From Bacteroidales bacterium (lineage in GTDB: Bacteria > Bacteroidota > Bacteroidia > Bacteroidales > UBA932): a stretch of 32,000 nt of DNA. Positions 1 to 8,453 of this stretch are shown here, piece after piece. Below the pieces are notes generated by a model that was given only the letters and a program-made list of their open reading frames with translations, ran no database searches and had not been told where the DNA came from. The DNA lies in contig JAFUFS010000051.1 of NCBI GenBank assembly GCA_017469745.1, positions 15,222 to 47,221 on the forward strand. The letters run 5' to 3'. The first letter of the stretch is position 1; the number at the start of each line of letters is the position of its first letter. A program made the translations under genes and the position numbers.

Positions 1-440
1 TCTGGGCAGCTTGTGGCATCAACCGCGAAGACGGAAGACTGACAGCTCCGACAGCAATCAACAGCCAGGACATCCGGCTCTATGTCTGCCGCAAGGAAGG
101 TGCCTATGAATATATTGCCAAGGACAACGCCCTTGTCAAGGTAAGCGGCAAGGACCTTCGTCAGGATGTGGCGGCCGGCCAGGGGACTGTTGGAGAAGCT
201 CCCATGTTCCTCGTCCTGGTTGCCGATCTCAACAGGTACAACCGTCCCGGCCCAAGGACCGCCACCTTCGGTGCCATTGACTGCGGTTACGTGTCCCAGA
301 ACATCTGCCTGGCATGCGAGGCTCTCGGCCTTTCGACCGTCCCAAGGGCGATAATGAACCAGGATGTACTGAAAAAGGAGCTCGGCCTCAAGGAAGGCAT
401 GGAACTCCTTATCAATCATCCGGTTGGCTACAAGAAATAA
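1..440 (+). CDS. nitroreductase family protein, C-terminal part (5' end outside the window)
   Basis: The frame is open from the window edge (codon phase of nt 3) to TAA 438-440. The translation WAACGINREDGRLTAPTAINSQDIRLYVCRKEG...APMFLVLVADLNRYN...GAIDCGYVSQNICLACEALGLSTVPRAIMNQ...INHPVGYKK resembles the FMN nitroreductase fold. Recognised by eye only. Confidence 0.75.
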   Translation, partial: WAACGINREDGRLTAPTAINSQDIRLYVCRKEGAYEYIAKDNALVKVSGKDLRQDVAAGQGTVGEAPMFLVLVADLNRYNRPGPRTATFGAIDCGYVSQNICLACEALGLSTVPRAIMNQDVLKKELGLKEGMELLINHPVGYKK

Positions 441-2036
441 TCAGGCTTTCAGTGTCCTGGCGGAATTAAGCACGGCCAGGACAAGGACTCCAACATCGGC
501 TACCACTGCCATCCACATGGTCGCAAGACCGGGGATGGCCAGGAGCAGGACAAGGACCTTCAGGGCAATCGAGAATGCAGTGTTCTCCTTAGCTATCCTG
601 AGGGTCTTTTTCGCTATCTTGATTCCCTCTGCGAGCTTGGAAGGCTTGTCGTCCATCAGCACCACGTCGGCAGCTTCAATGGCCGCATCTGAGCCGAGCG
701 CTCCCATTGCTATTCCTACATCTGCCCTCGCCAGGACAGGTGCGTCATTGATTCCGTCTCCGGCGAATGCCAGCTTCCTGCCTTCAGGTACTTCGGAGGC
801 CAGCCTTTCTACTTCCTCCACCTTGCCGTCGGGGAGAAGTCCGGCCTTATATTCATCGACTCCGGTGACTGAGGCGACTTCAGCTGCGACTTCCTCCTTG
901 TCTCCTGTGAGCATTACGGTCTTTCTGATTCCGCTTGCTTTCAATGCGCTGACGGCGGAAGCTGCATCGTCCTTGATCCTGTCGGAGACCACGATGTGGC
1001 CGGCATATTCACCGTCCAGGCTCACATGGACGATCGTTCCGCTCTTCTCGCAGTCCTTCCATGCAGCTCCGACAGCTTCCATCATCCTGCTGTTCCCGAC
1101 GCAGACATCATGGCCGTTCACCCTGGCCTTGACGCCCTGTCCGGCAACTTCCTCGACGGCTTCCACTGTGCATCCGTCCGCTTCTTCAGGATAAGCGTTC
1201 CTTAACGAGACTGCCACGGGGTGGGTTGAATATCTTTCCACATGGGCCGCGAGGTGGAGAAGCTCCTTTTCATCCAGCTTTTCAGGATGAACGGCGGTAA
1301 CCTCGAACACTCCTTGGGTGAGGGTGCCGGTCTTGTCGAAGACCACTGTGTCAAGCTTCGAAAGGGCCTCCAGATAATTGGATCCTTTCACCAGGATACC
1401 CTTTCTGGATGCTCCTCCGATTCCTCCGAAAAAGGCCAGAGGGATCGACACCACAAGGGCGCAGGGGCAGGAAACGATCAGGAAGGTGAGGGCCCTGTAG
1501 AGCCATTTGGCAAAGGTCCCTGCGAAATCGCCCGAAATCATCGGGGGAACGAAGGCCAGTACGAGGGCTGCGGCAACCACTATGGGGGTGTACACGCGTG
1601 CGAACCTTGTGATGAAGTTCTCGCTGGTGGATTTGTTGGAAGAGGCGTTCTCCACGAGGTCCAGGATCTTGGAGGCTGTAGACTCTCCGAATTCCTTGGT
1701 GACCCTGGCCCTGACCACTCCGGACAGGTTCACGCAGCCGGAGAGTATGCTGTCTCCTACGGAAATACCGCGGGGAACGCTTTCTCCGGTCAGGGCCACT
1801 GTGTCAAGGCTGGAACTTCCTTCAAGTACAGTTCCGTCCATAGGGACTTTCTCGCCGGGTTTCACCACTATTATTTCTCCGACCTTTACTTCTTCGGGGG
1901 AGACGCAGACCACTTCTCCGCCCCTTTCGACATTGGCAGTGTCCGGCCTGATGTCCATCAGTGATGAGATCGAATCCCTGCTTCTTCCTTCGGCCATCTC
2001 TTCGAAGAATTCTCCGACCTGGAAGAACAGCATCAC
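441..2036 (-). CDS. heavy-metal translocating P1B-type ATPase, C-terminal 531-aa portion (not a complete gene on its own)
   Basis: Motifs read directly: LTGES (actuator), IVSCPCALVVSIP (CPC transmembrane metal site), DKTGTLT (phosphorylation site), MLTGD, GDGINDAP. The ORF opens with GTG/ATG inside the conserved ...MLFFQVGEFFE... membrane segment, so the N-terminal helices are missing from this frame. Stop TGA at 441-443 abuts the nitroreductase stop. Confidence 0.9.
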   Translation of the reverse strand: MMLFFQVGEFFEEMAEGRSRDSISSLMDIRPDTANVERGGEVVCVSPEEVKVGEIIVVKPGEKVPMDGTVLEGSSSLDTVALTGESVPRGISVGDSILSGCVNLSGVVRARVTKEFGESTASKILDLVENASSNKSTSENFITRFARVYTPIVVAAALVLAFVPPMISGDFAGTFAKWLYRALTFLIVSCPCALVVSIPLAFFGGIGGASRKGILVKGSNYLEALSKLDTVVFDKTGTLTQGVFEVTAVHPEKLDEKELLHLAAHVERYSTHPVAVSLRNAYPEEADGCTVEAVEEVAGQGVKARVNGHDVCVGNSRMMEAVGAAWKDCEKSGTIVHVSLDGEYAGHIVVSDRIKDDAASAVSALKASGIRKTVMLTGDKEEVAAEVASVTGVDEYKAGLLPDGKVEEVERLASEVPEGRKLAFAGDGINDAPVLARADVGIAMGALGSDAAIEAADVVLMDDKPSKLAEGIKIAKKTLRIAKENTAFSIALKVLVLLLAIPGLATMWMAVVADVGVLVLAVLNSARTLKA

Positions 2037-2329
2037 GAAGACGGCTTCGGGAACTGGCTTTCAGCGCCTGGGAGGAAGCCGATGCAGAGGGCCCCGAGGG
2101 TGGCTATGCTCATCAGGAAGTCTTCGTCCAGCAGTTCTCCATGGAAGAGTTTCTCCGCAGCTTCCATAAGGGTTTCGCTGCCGGCGATGAGGTAGGGAAC
2201 CAGGAACAGAAGCAGTTCCTGCCACGTTTTAAGGTTTGCCGTCTTGCTTATCACGACAGCCGCTACCAGCAGCACTGCGCTCGCGACTATCTTCACCAAT
2301 CTCTCTTTGTTCTCCTTTTCCATTTTCAT
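2033..2329 (-). CDS. N-terminal membrane fragment of the same P1B-type ATPase, in a different frame (frameshifted gene)
   Basis: MKMEKENKERLVKIVASAVLLVAAVVISK...LLFLVPYLIAGSETLMEAAEKLFHGELLDEDFLMSIATLGALCIG is the usual TM1-2 region preceding the MLF(F/Y)QVGE segment. The ORF-track start at 2377 is a TTG, so the ATG pair at 2329/2323 is more plausible. There is no HMA metal-binding domain. The fragment ends at TGA 2033-2035, overlapping the next fragment. Confidence 0.6.
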   Translation of the reverse strand: MKMEKENKERLVKIVASAVLLVAAVVISKTANLKTWQELLLFLVPYLIAGSETLMEAAEKLFHGELLDEDFLMSIATLGALCIGFLPGAESQFPKPSS

Positions 2330-2372
2330 TCTTTTTTCTTTCACTGCCAGTACAAAGGTCGGAAGAAAGGTG

Positions 2373-2387
2373 TGCAACCGGGTTGCA
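2373..2387. promoter_or_regulatory. 15-nt perfect palindrome TGCAACC-g-GGTTGCA in the divergent ATPase/SDR intergenic region (candidate operator)
   Basis: Read directly: tgcaaccgggttgca, with 7-nt arms and one central base. It lies about 45 nt upstream of the likely ATPase ATG (2329) and about 30 nt upstream of the SDR ATG (2415). Confidence 0.3.
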
Positions 2388-2414
2388 AAGTGAAAAAATT
2401 GCTATATTTAGAGT

Positions 2415-3239
2415 ATGAAAGAAGAAGTTAAGGTCGTGCTCCTGACGGGAGGCAGCAGCGGAATCGGGGCTGCGGCAGCCCGGCTGATGTGCCAGGCAGG
2501 AATGACAGTCTACGCGGCATCAAGGAGCGGAAAGGCCCCGGAAGGATATTCAGGAAACGGGAATATCTTTCCTGTGGTGATGGATGTCAATGACGAAGCT
2601 GCCATCCGGGAGGTGGTCGAAAGGATCCTTTCTGAGCAGGGAAGGCTCGACGCGGTGGTCTGCAATGCCGGGAACGGGATAGCCGGTCCAATTGAAGAAA
2701 CTTCGATCGAGGAGATCGAAACCCAGTTCAGGACCACTTTCTATGGAGTTGTCAAGACAATCGATGCCTGCCTTCCGGTGTTCAGGGAGCAGAAGCACGG
2801 TCGGGTGATCACCATCTCCTCAGTGGCTGCGGTGGCCCCGCTCCCTTACCAGGGATTCTATTCAGCAGTCAAGGCCGGCATCCTTAACCTCACCAAGGCC
2901 CTGGCGATAGAGACCAGGCCTTTCGGCATCCAGTGCTGCTCGATCCTGCCCGGAGATGTCCGGACCGGCTTCACTGCTGCAAGGAAAGTGGCTCTCAAGG
3001 CCCAGGCAGAAGATTCTCCCTATCGCAAGCGTACTGTCCGAGGCATTGCGGCCATGTCGAAGGATGAACAGGAGGGGATGGAGCCTGAGGTGATCGGAAA
3101 AGCCATCCTCAAGCAACTCAGAAGGCGGCGGATGCGGCCGGAGGTCACTCCGACATTCATCTACAGCCTGCTTGTGTGGGCCATCAGAAGATTCCCGCAG
3201 AGTTTCGTGCTCCGCGTGATCGGTAAATTATATTCATAG
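2415..3239 (+). CDS. short-chain dehydrogenase/reductase (SDR) family oxidoreductase
   Basis: 274 aa. Motifs: LTGGSSGIGAAAA (TGxxxGxG), VCNAGNG (NAG), SSVAA...YSAVKAG (S...YxxxK catalytic triad). Confidence 0.9.
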   Translation: MKEEVKVVLLTGGSSGIGAAAARLMCQAGMTVYAASRSGKAPEGYSGNGNIFPVVMDVNDEAAIREVVERILSEQGRLDAVVCNAGNGIAGPIEETSIEEIETQFRTTFYGVVKTIDACLPVFREQKHGRVITISSVAAVAPLPYQGFYSAVKAGILNLTKALAIETRPFGIQCCSILPGDVRTGFTAARKVALKAQAEDSPYRKRTVRGIAAMSKDEQEGMEPEVIGKAILKQLRRRRMRPEVTPTFIYSLLVWAIRRFPQSFVLRVIGKLYS

Positions 3240-3355
3240 AACAACTGTTCGTCGATCGATATTGGAGGTTCGTCGACTTGTTGGCTCCAGGGATTAAACC
3301 CAAAGCATAGTTGCTTGTCAAACAATCGGTTGAACCAATAAAACGAGATAAAAAA

Positions 3356-3937
3356 ATGAAAAGGACACTATTAATCGCAACAGCACTTTTGCTGTCAGTC
3401 GGTGCCTTCGCACAGGAGAACCGTCAGGGATTCCAGAGGCCCGATGAAGCTACCATGATCAAGATGCGCACTGAGCGCATGGCCCAGCAGCTCGGTCTCG
3501 ATGAGGCCCAGACTGCAAAGCTTCTTGAACTGAACCAGAAGTACCCCAATGCCATGATGGGAGGTCCCGGAGGCCCTGGTATGGGCAGACCGTCCAGAGA
3601 GGCAAGGGATGAGCAGAACGCGACAGACGAGAATGCCAACGGAAAGAAGGTAAAGAAAGCCAAGAAGGCCAAGAAAGCCGAGAAAGCCGAAGGTGAAACC
3701 AATGATCGCGAATCCAGGATGAAAGAAATGCAGGCTTCCATGGAGGCTTATGAGACTGAACTCAAGGGCATCCTGACGGAAGAGCAGTTCAAGACCTGGC
3801 AGGAGAACAGGAACAGGCGCCCTGAAGGACGCGGCCCCGGCGGTCCCGGTGGTCAAGGACGTCCCGGAGGCCGTGGAGGTTTCGGCCAGGGTGGTAACTT
3901 TGGCGGAGGAAACTTCGGCGGAGGAGAAGAATTTTAA
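3356..3937 (+). CDS. secreted Spy/CpxP-like (LTxxQ-motif) protein with Lys-rich and Gly-rich low-complexity regions
   Basis: ATG 3356 gives MKRTLLIATALLLSVGAFAQ (signal peptide); the ORF-track start at 3311 is TTG. Two helical LxxxQ/LTEEQ segments (LGLDEAQTAKLLELNQKY, ILTEEQFKTWQEN). Also contains KKVKKAKKAKKAEKAE and a C-terminal GRGPGGPGGQGRPGGRGGFGQGGNFGGGNFGGGEEF tail. Confidence 0.75.
   Translation: MKRTLLIATALLLSVGAFAQENRQGFQRPDEATMIKMRTERMAQQLGLDEAQTAKLLELNQKYPNAMMGGPGGPGMGRPSREARDEQNATDENANGKKVKKAKKAKKAEKAEGETNDRESRMKEMQASMEAYETELKGILTEEQFKTWQENRNRRPEGRGPGGPGGQGRPGGRGGFGQGGNFGGGNFGGGEEF
3653..3688 (+). repeat. 9-bp in-frame tandem repeat x4 (AAGAAAGCC / AAGAAGGCC / AAGAAAGCC / GAGAAAGCC) encoding KKA-KKA-KKA-EKA
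   Basis: Read directly from the sequence. It is in phase with the CDS starting at 3356. Confidence 0.9.
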
Positions 3938-3943
3938 TAATAT

Positions 3944-5056
3944 ATGAAGAAACTCGGATTCGGACTTATGCGGCTCCCCATTGTGGATCCGCGCAACCCC
4001 AAATCTATAGACATCGACCATTTCAAGAAGATGGTCGATGTCTTCATGGATAGGGGATTCACTTATTTCGACACGGCGTACACCTACCATCAGAGCAAGA
4101 GCGAGTCGGCTTTCCGCGTCGCTGTCAAGGAGAGGTATCCTCGTGAAAGTTTCACCATCACGGACAAGATGCCCATGTGGGAAGTCCGGCAGGAGTCGGA
4201 CTATGAGCGTCTGTTCAAGGTCCAGCTGGAGCGGACCGGAGTGGACTATTTCGACTACTACTGGTTCCACACGCTCAACAAGGGCTATGTCGACGTCCTG
4301 GACAGGACCAACGGATGGGATTTCATGCTCAGGAAGCAGAAGGAAGGCCGGATAAAGAACATCGGTTTCTCCTTCCACGACGATTCCCCGACTCTCGAAC
4401 GTATCCTGAGGGAGCACCCTGAGATGGAACATGTCCAGCTTCAGATCAACTACGTCGACTGGGATTCACCGTCCATCGAATCAGGCAAGTGCTACGAACT
4501 CTGCGAAAAATACGGCCGCAAGGTGATCGTCATGGAACCTGTCAAAGGCGGTTCTCTCGCAACCGTCCCTGCGGAAGTGGAATCCATATTCAAGGAGCAT
4601 TCTCCAGAGGCGTCTCCTGCTTCGTGGGCGATCCGTTTCGCGGCATCCTTGCCGAACGTGATGATGGTCCTGAGCGGCATGAGCGAACTCTCACAGGTCG
4701 AGGACAACACTTCCTACATGCAGGATTTCAAGCCTCTTGACGAGGCTGAGCAGCTGATCATGGCCAGGGCGGCGGGGATCATCAAGAATTCCATCGCCAT
4801 CCCTTGCACTTCCTGCCACTACTGCACGGACGGCTGTCCGATGAACATAGCGATCCCTGAATATTTTGCCCTCTACAATTCCCTTAAACAGTTCGGAAAG
4901 ACTTCGGCCTTCAACAGCCGCTTCTATTTCAACCGCCTTTCAGAATACAGAGGGAAGCCATCAGACTGCATCGAGTGTGGCCAATGCGAGGAACATTGTC
5001 CCCAGCATCTGCCTATCATCAGCAATCTGAAGCTGGTAAAGGAAGAATACGAATAA
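3944..5056 (+). CDS. aldo/keto reductase fused to a C-terminal 2x[4Fe-4S] ferredoxin-like module
   Basis: 370 aa. The N-terminus MKKLGFGLMRLP...FTYFDTAYTYHQSKSE is AKR-like. The C-terminus carries two CxxCxxCxxxCP motifs (CTSCHYCTDGCP, CIECGQCEEHCP). It starts 6 nt after the preceding stop. Confidence 0.88.
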   Translation: MKKLGFGLMRLPIVDPRNPKSIDIDHFKKMVDVFMDRGFTYFDTAYTYHQSKSESAFRVAVKERYPRESFTITDKMPMWEVRQESDYERLFKVQLERTGVDYFDYYWFHTLNKGYVDVLDRTNGWDFMLRKQKEGRIKNIGFSFHDDSPTLERILREHPEMEHVQLQINYVDWDSPSIESGKCYELCEKYGRKVIVMEPVKGGSLATVPAEVESIFKEHSPEASPASWAIRFAASLPNVMMVLSGMSELSQVEDNTSYMQDFKPLDEAEQLIMARAAGIIKNSIAIPCTSCHYCTDGCPMNIAIPEYFALYNSLKQFGKTSAFNSRFYFNRLSEYRGKPSDCIECGQCEEHCPQHLPIISNLKLVKEEYE

Positions 5057-5066
5057 TCCTGCAGTC

Positions 5067-6227
5067 TCAGGAACGCCTGAACAACTTGTCGATCACCAGG
5101 GCGATGGCTCCGTCGCCGGTGACATTGCACGCTGTTCCGAAATTGTCCATCGTGATGTAGAGAGCGATCATCAGGGCCTGCTCCTGTTCTCCGAATCCGA
5201 GCATTGAAGCAAGCACACCAAGAGCTGCCATGATTGCACCTCCCGGTACTCCCGGGGCGGCTACCATCATCACTCCCAGCATCATGATGAAGCCCAGAAA
5301 CATCCAGAAATCGAACTGCATGCCCTGCATCATCATGAGGGCTACCGCGCAGGCTGTGATCTTGAGGCAGCTGCCGGAAAGATGGATCGTGGCGCAGAGC
5401 GGGACCGTGAATCCTGCGATCTCATCGCTGACACCGTTCTTCTTGGTACATTCCAGGGTCACGGGAATAGTGGCGGCTGAAGAAGAAGTACCCAGGGCGG
5501 TAAAGTAGGCCGGCAGCATCTTGCCAAGCAGTTTGAAAGGATTCCTGCGTACAATTCCTCCGGCAATGCTGTACTGGAAGACCAGCAGGAAGATGTGGAG
5601 CAGGAAGATCACTCCGATTATGGAGATGAAGACCTTTATCACGCCGAAGGCCTGGCCAGTGTAGGTCATGTTGAGGAATATGCCGAAGATGTAGACGGGG
5701 AGCAGGGGAATGATGACCACTTCGATGGCCTTCACGATTATGTCCTTGAACTCCTCGGAGAGTTTCTTTAGTTGGGGAGACCCGAAAAAGGCCATTCCCA
5801 GTCCCAAGGTGAATGCAAAGACCAGTGACGCCATGACGTCCACCATCGGTGGAATCTGGATGGTGAAGTAAGGCTCAAGGTTTTCGAATTCCGCTATCGA
5901 TGATGGTGTCGTGCCGCCGATGAGCTTAGGGAACACCGACACGCTCGTACCGTAAGACAGCAGACCCGCAAAGACAGTGTCGCAGTAGGCGATTATCACG
6001 GTGATAAGCAGCAGCTTGCCGGCTCCGTCCCCGATCTCTGCAATGGCCGGTGTGACCAGGCCGATGATGATCAGCGGGATCAGGAACTGAAGGAAGTTAC
6101 TGAATATGCTGTTGAAAGTTACGAAAAGCCGGACCATCGATTTCGGAAGGAACAGGCCGAAAACGATGCCCAGGATGATAGCGATAATGATCCGGGGAAG
6201 GAGCCCCAGGTGGAAACTTTTTTTCAA
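5067..6227 (-). CDS. dicarboxylate/amino acid:cation symporter (DAACS/SLC1 family; SstT/GltP-like)
   Basis: 386-aa polytopic membrane protein. GTSSSAATIPVT resembles the HP1 SSSxT(L/I)P motif. DNFGTACNVTGDGAIALVIDKL resembles the TM8 D..xT..NV.GD motif. The start codon is TTG (6225-6227), so the start is less certain. Confidence 0.85.
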   Translation of the reverse strand: MKKSFHLGLLPRIIIAIILGIVFGLFLPKSMVRLFVTFNSIFSNFLQFLIPLIIIGLVTPAIAEIGDGAGKLLLITVIIAYCDTVFAGLLSYGTSVSVFPKLIGGTTPSSIAEFENLEPYFTIQIPPMVDVMASLVFAFTLGLGMAFFGSPQLKKLSEEFKDIIVKAIEVVIIPLLPVYIFGIFLNMTYTGQAFGVIKVFISIIGVIFLLHIFLLVFQYSIAGGIVRRNPFKLLGKMLPAYFTALGTSSSAATIPVTLECTKKNGVSDEIAGFTVPLCATIHLSGSCLKITACAVALMMMQGMQFDFWMFLGFIMMLGVMMVAAPGVPGGAIMAALGVLASMLGFGEQEQALMIALYITMDNFGTACNVTGDGAIALVIDKLFRRS

Positions 6228-6292
6228 GGTCAGGGAGTGTTATCAATTTCCACAAATATGGTGAATTTTCACCAATTATGGAACAGACACAA

Positions 6293-7579
6293 TCACGAGA
6301 AGCGCCTTGGAAGGCGGAAAAGGATGGAAAGGCACGCTACTCCCAGCAGTATGAATGGATAGAACAGGTAGGGAATGATCTCGGTGGCGGATATTCCTGT
6401 AAAGCCTGAGGCCATGAGAAGCTGGGCTCCGTAGGGGATCAGGCCCTGGACTGCGCAGGAGAAGGTGTCCAGGATGGAAGCGGTCTTTCTGGGATCGAGC
6501 TTGAAGCGGTCCGTGATGTCCTTGGCGATATGGCCGGTCGTGAGGATGGCAATGGTGTTGTTGGCGGTGCAGAGATTTGAGACACCGACCAGGGCGGCGA
6601 TGCTGAATTCAGCCCCTCTCTTGCCTTTTATGCCCTTGGTGAGACCCTTGATGATGAAATCCAGTCCTCCGTTCTGCCTGATCAGTTCGAGCATTCCTCC
6701 GGCAAGCATGGTTACGATGATCAATTCTCCCATGTCGGCTATTCCTTCACCTACGCTGCTGAGGAAGCCTGTCCATGTGAGTCCGTCGGCAAACCCGATT
6801 ATACCGCAAAGGGCGAGTCCGAGGGCCAGGACCACCAGGACATTGATCCCGCACAAGGCCAATATGATCACGCTGAGGTAGGGGATCAGCTTCACTATGC
6901 TGATTTCCCCGATTTCAGGTGAAACATCCATGTTCAGGCCGATCACGACGTAGATCGCCGCGACGATGATGGCTGCAGGTCCTGCTATCCAGATGTTAGC
7001 TTTGAATTTGTCGGACATCGAGCACCCTTGGGTCGTAGTTGCGGCGATGGTGGTGTCTGAGATGAAGGAAAGGTTGTCACCGAAGAATGCACCTCCTACG
7101 ATCAGGGCTATGATCATCTGTAGGGAAATGTCTGACTGTGAGGCTATTCCTGAAGCTATCGGGGCGAGAGCAACGATCGTACCCACACTGGTACCTACCG
7201 ACATCGAGATGAAGCAGGCGGCCAGGAACAAGCCGGCAAGGATAAACTTCCCGGGGAGTATCCTCAATGTAAGGTTGACCGTGGCTTCGACGCTTCCGAT
7301 GGCTTTTGCCGTAGAAGCGAAGGCTCCTGCCATTATGAATATCCAGATCATCAGGAGCACTTTCTTGTTGCCGGCTCCGGACGAGAATGCATCGATACGG
7401 TCGGAGATGCTGCCGGGAGTGATGATGACAGCGTAGACCGAAGCCAGAAGGAAAGCGGAAGCTACAGGGACCTTGTAGAAATCGCCGCAGACGAGCGAGG
7501 TCACAAGGTATGTCAGCAGGAACACTGCCAACGGGCTGAGGGCCAGCCAGCCATTCATTTTTTTAGTATTCTCGGGCAT
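6293..7579 (-). CDS. Na+/H+ antiporter NhaC family protein
   Basis: 428 aa, ATG start, about 11-12 hydrophobic segments. GGAFFGDNLSFISDTTIAAT matches the NhaC-family G..FGD..SPISDTT signature as I remember it. Confidence 0.82.
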   Translation of the reverse strand: MPENTKKMNGWLALSPLAVFLLTYLVTSLVCGDFYKVPVASAFLLASVYAVIITPGSISDRIDAFSSGAGNKKVLLMIWIFIMAGAFASTAKAIGSVEATVNLTLRILPGKFILAGLFLAACFISMSVGTSVGTIVALAPIASGIASQSDISLQMIIALIVGGAFFGDNLSFISDTTIAATTTQGCSMSDKFKANIWIAGPAAIIVAAIYVVIGLNMDVSPEIGEISIVKLIPYLSVIILALCGINVLVVLALGLALCGIIGFADGLTWTGFLSSVGEGIADMGELIIVTMLAGGMLELIRQNGGLDFIIKGLTKGIKGKRGAEFSIAALVGVSNLCTANNTIAILTTGHIAKDITDRFKLDPRKTASILDTFSCAVQGLIPYGAQLLMASGFTGISATEIIPYLFYPFILLGVACLSILFRLPRRFS

Positions 7580-7600
7580 CGTTTTTTGTTAAGTCGCTTG

Positions 7601-7608
7601 CAAATATA
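7601..7608 (-). promoter_or_regulatory. candidate Bacteroidetes -7 promoter box (TATATTTG on minus strand) for the NhaC-family gene
   Basis: The plus strand reads caaatata. Its reverse complement matches TAnnTTTG 8/8, 22 nt upstream of the ATG at 7579. Confidence 0.4.
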
Positions 7609-7623
7609 GGACTTTATTTTTCA

Positions 7624-7631
7624 TATCTTTG
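7624..7631 (+). promoter_or_regulatory. candidate Bacteroidetes -7 promoter box (TATCTTTG) for the DUF3298 lipoprotein gene
   Basis: Matches TAnnTTTG 8/8, 24 nt upstream of ATG 7655. It is divergent from the box at 7601-7608. Confidence 0.4.
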
Positions 7632-7654
7632 TAAACTAACAGCTTTTAATCGCA

Positions 7655-8449
7655 ATGAAGAACTCGATCATAATCCCGATAGCGTTGCTCCTTGCCTTCA
7701 TGGGAGCTGTTTCGTGCAATAGGAGCGAGACAGTCATAAGTACCTATGAGAACCAGGTCGAGCAGAAACTCGAGCAGAGCGATTCCGCCGGAGTGACTGT
7801 CATCCAGAGCATTGAATATCTTGAAAGCATGGAAGGAGGCAAGTCCCTCTGTGCCAAGGTCAACAACCTAGTCGTCAGGTTCTGCTTCGGGGATTCGTAC
7901 GACGGGTACGAACTCCGTCCGGCTTCCGAGGATTATGCTGCATCCCTGGTGGACGACTACAAGAAGGATGCAGGAGAGACCTTTGACGAAGATTCGGAGT
8001 CTTACTGGGCTTACAACTGGTCTTACCTGATGGCAGGAAGGTTCTCCGATTCCTACGGGGACCTTCAGACCTACACCGTCTATTCCGAGAACTATCTGGG
8101 CGGAGCCCATGGCATGCAGTCCCTTATCCCTCACGTGATAAACCTGAGGACGGGGGAGGAAGTCACTGAGGAGGATTTCTTTGCAGAAGGCTATGAGGAA
8201 CCCGTCGCCGGCCTTATCCGCGATGCCCTCCAGAAGGAATGGGGCTCTCCGGATGATCCCAGTTCGACGTATTGCATGATGGAAGAAGAAGGGATGGTGC
8301 CGAACGGCTTCTACGGAGTATCCGAGGAAGGCGTCACCTGGTACTACCAGCCCTATGTCATTGCGAGCTATGCCCAGGGAGTGATTGAGGCAAAGGTCCC
8401 CTGGTACCTGCTGAAGCCCTATATCTCAAAGGAATTCTCCAAGTTCTGA
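7655..8449 (+). CDS. DUF3298/RsiV-like domain lipoprotein
   Basis: 264 aa. Lipobox LLAFMGAVSC. The NYLGGAHG motif and the C-terminal WYYQPYVIASYAQGVIEAKVPW are typical of the DUF3298 (GGAHG) family. Confidence 0.78.
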   Translation: MKNSIIIPIALLLAFMGAVSCNRSETVISTYENQVEQKLEQSDSAGVTVIQSIEYLESMEGGKSLCAKVNNLVVRFCFGDSYDGYELRPASEDYAASLVDDYKKDAGETFDEDSESYWAYNWSYLMAGRFSDSYGDLQTYTVYSENYLGGAHGMQSLIPHVINLRTGEEVTEEDFFAEGYEEPVAGLIRDALQKEWGSPDDPSSTYCMMEEEGMVPNGFYGVSEEGVTWYYQPYVIASYAQGVIEAKVPWYLLKPYISKEFSKF

Positions 8450-8453
8450 TCCC

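Noticed and set aside
424-2169. Long plus-strand ORFs (424..1194, 1242..1964, 1507..2169; 220-256 aa) opposite the P-type ATPase
   Set aside because: They are antisense to a gene with unmistakable P1B-ATPase motifs. Their translations are Ala/Ser/Thr/Pro/Gly-rich low-complexity strings with no recognisable motifs, which is typical of shadow ORFs in GC-rich coding DNA.
3247-3276. Direct repeat GTTCGTCGA x2 downstream of the SDR gene
   Set aside because: It is a 9-nt repeat occurring only twice, with no associated structure or gene. This is likely chance.
3395-4432. 345-aa minus-strand ORF spanning the Spy-like and AKR genes
   Set aside because: It overlaps two well-supported plus-strand genes and the gap between them. 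It has no family resemblance, so I treat it as a shadow ORF.
6260-6273. Palindrome GGTGAA-tt-TTCACC between the NhaC stop and the DAACS start
   Set aside because: It is a perfect 6-2-6 palindrome, but short and in AT-rich spacer DNA. The nearby -7-like box (CATATTTG) is only a 7/8 match. Evidence is insufficient for an operator or terminator call.
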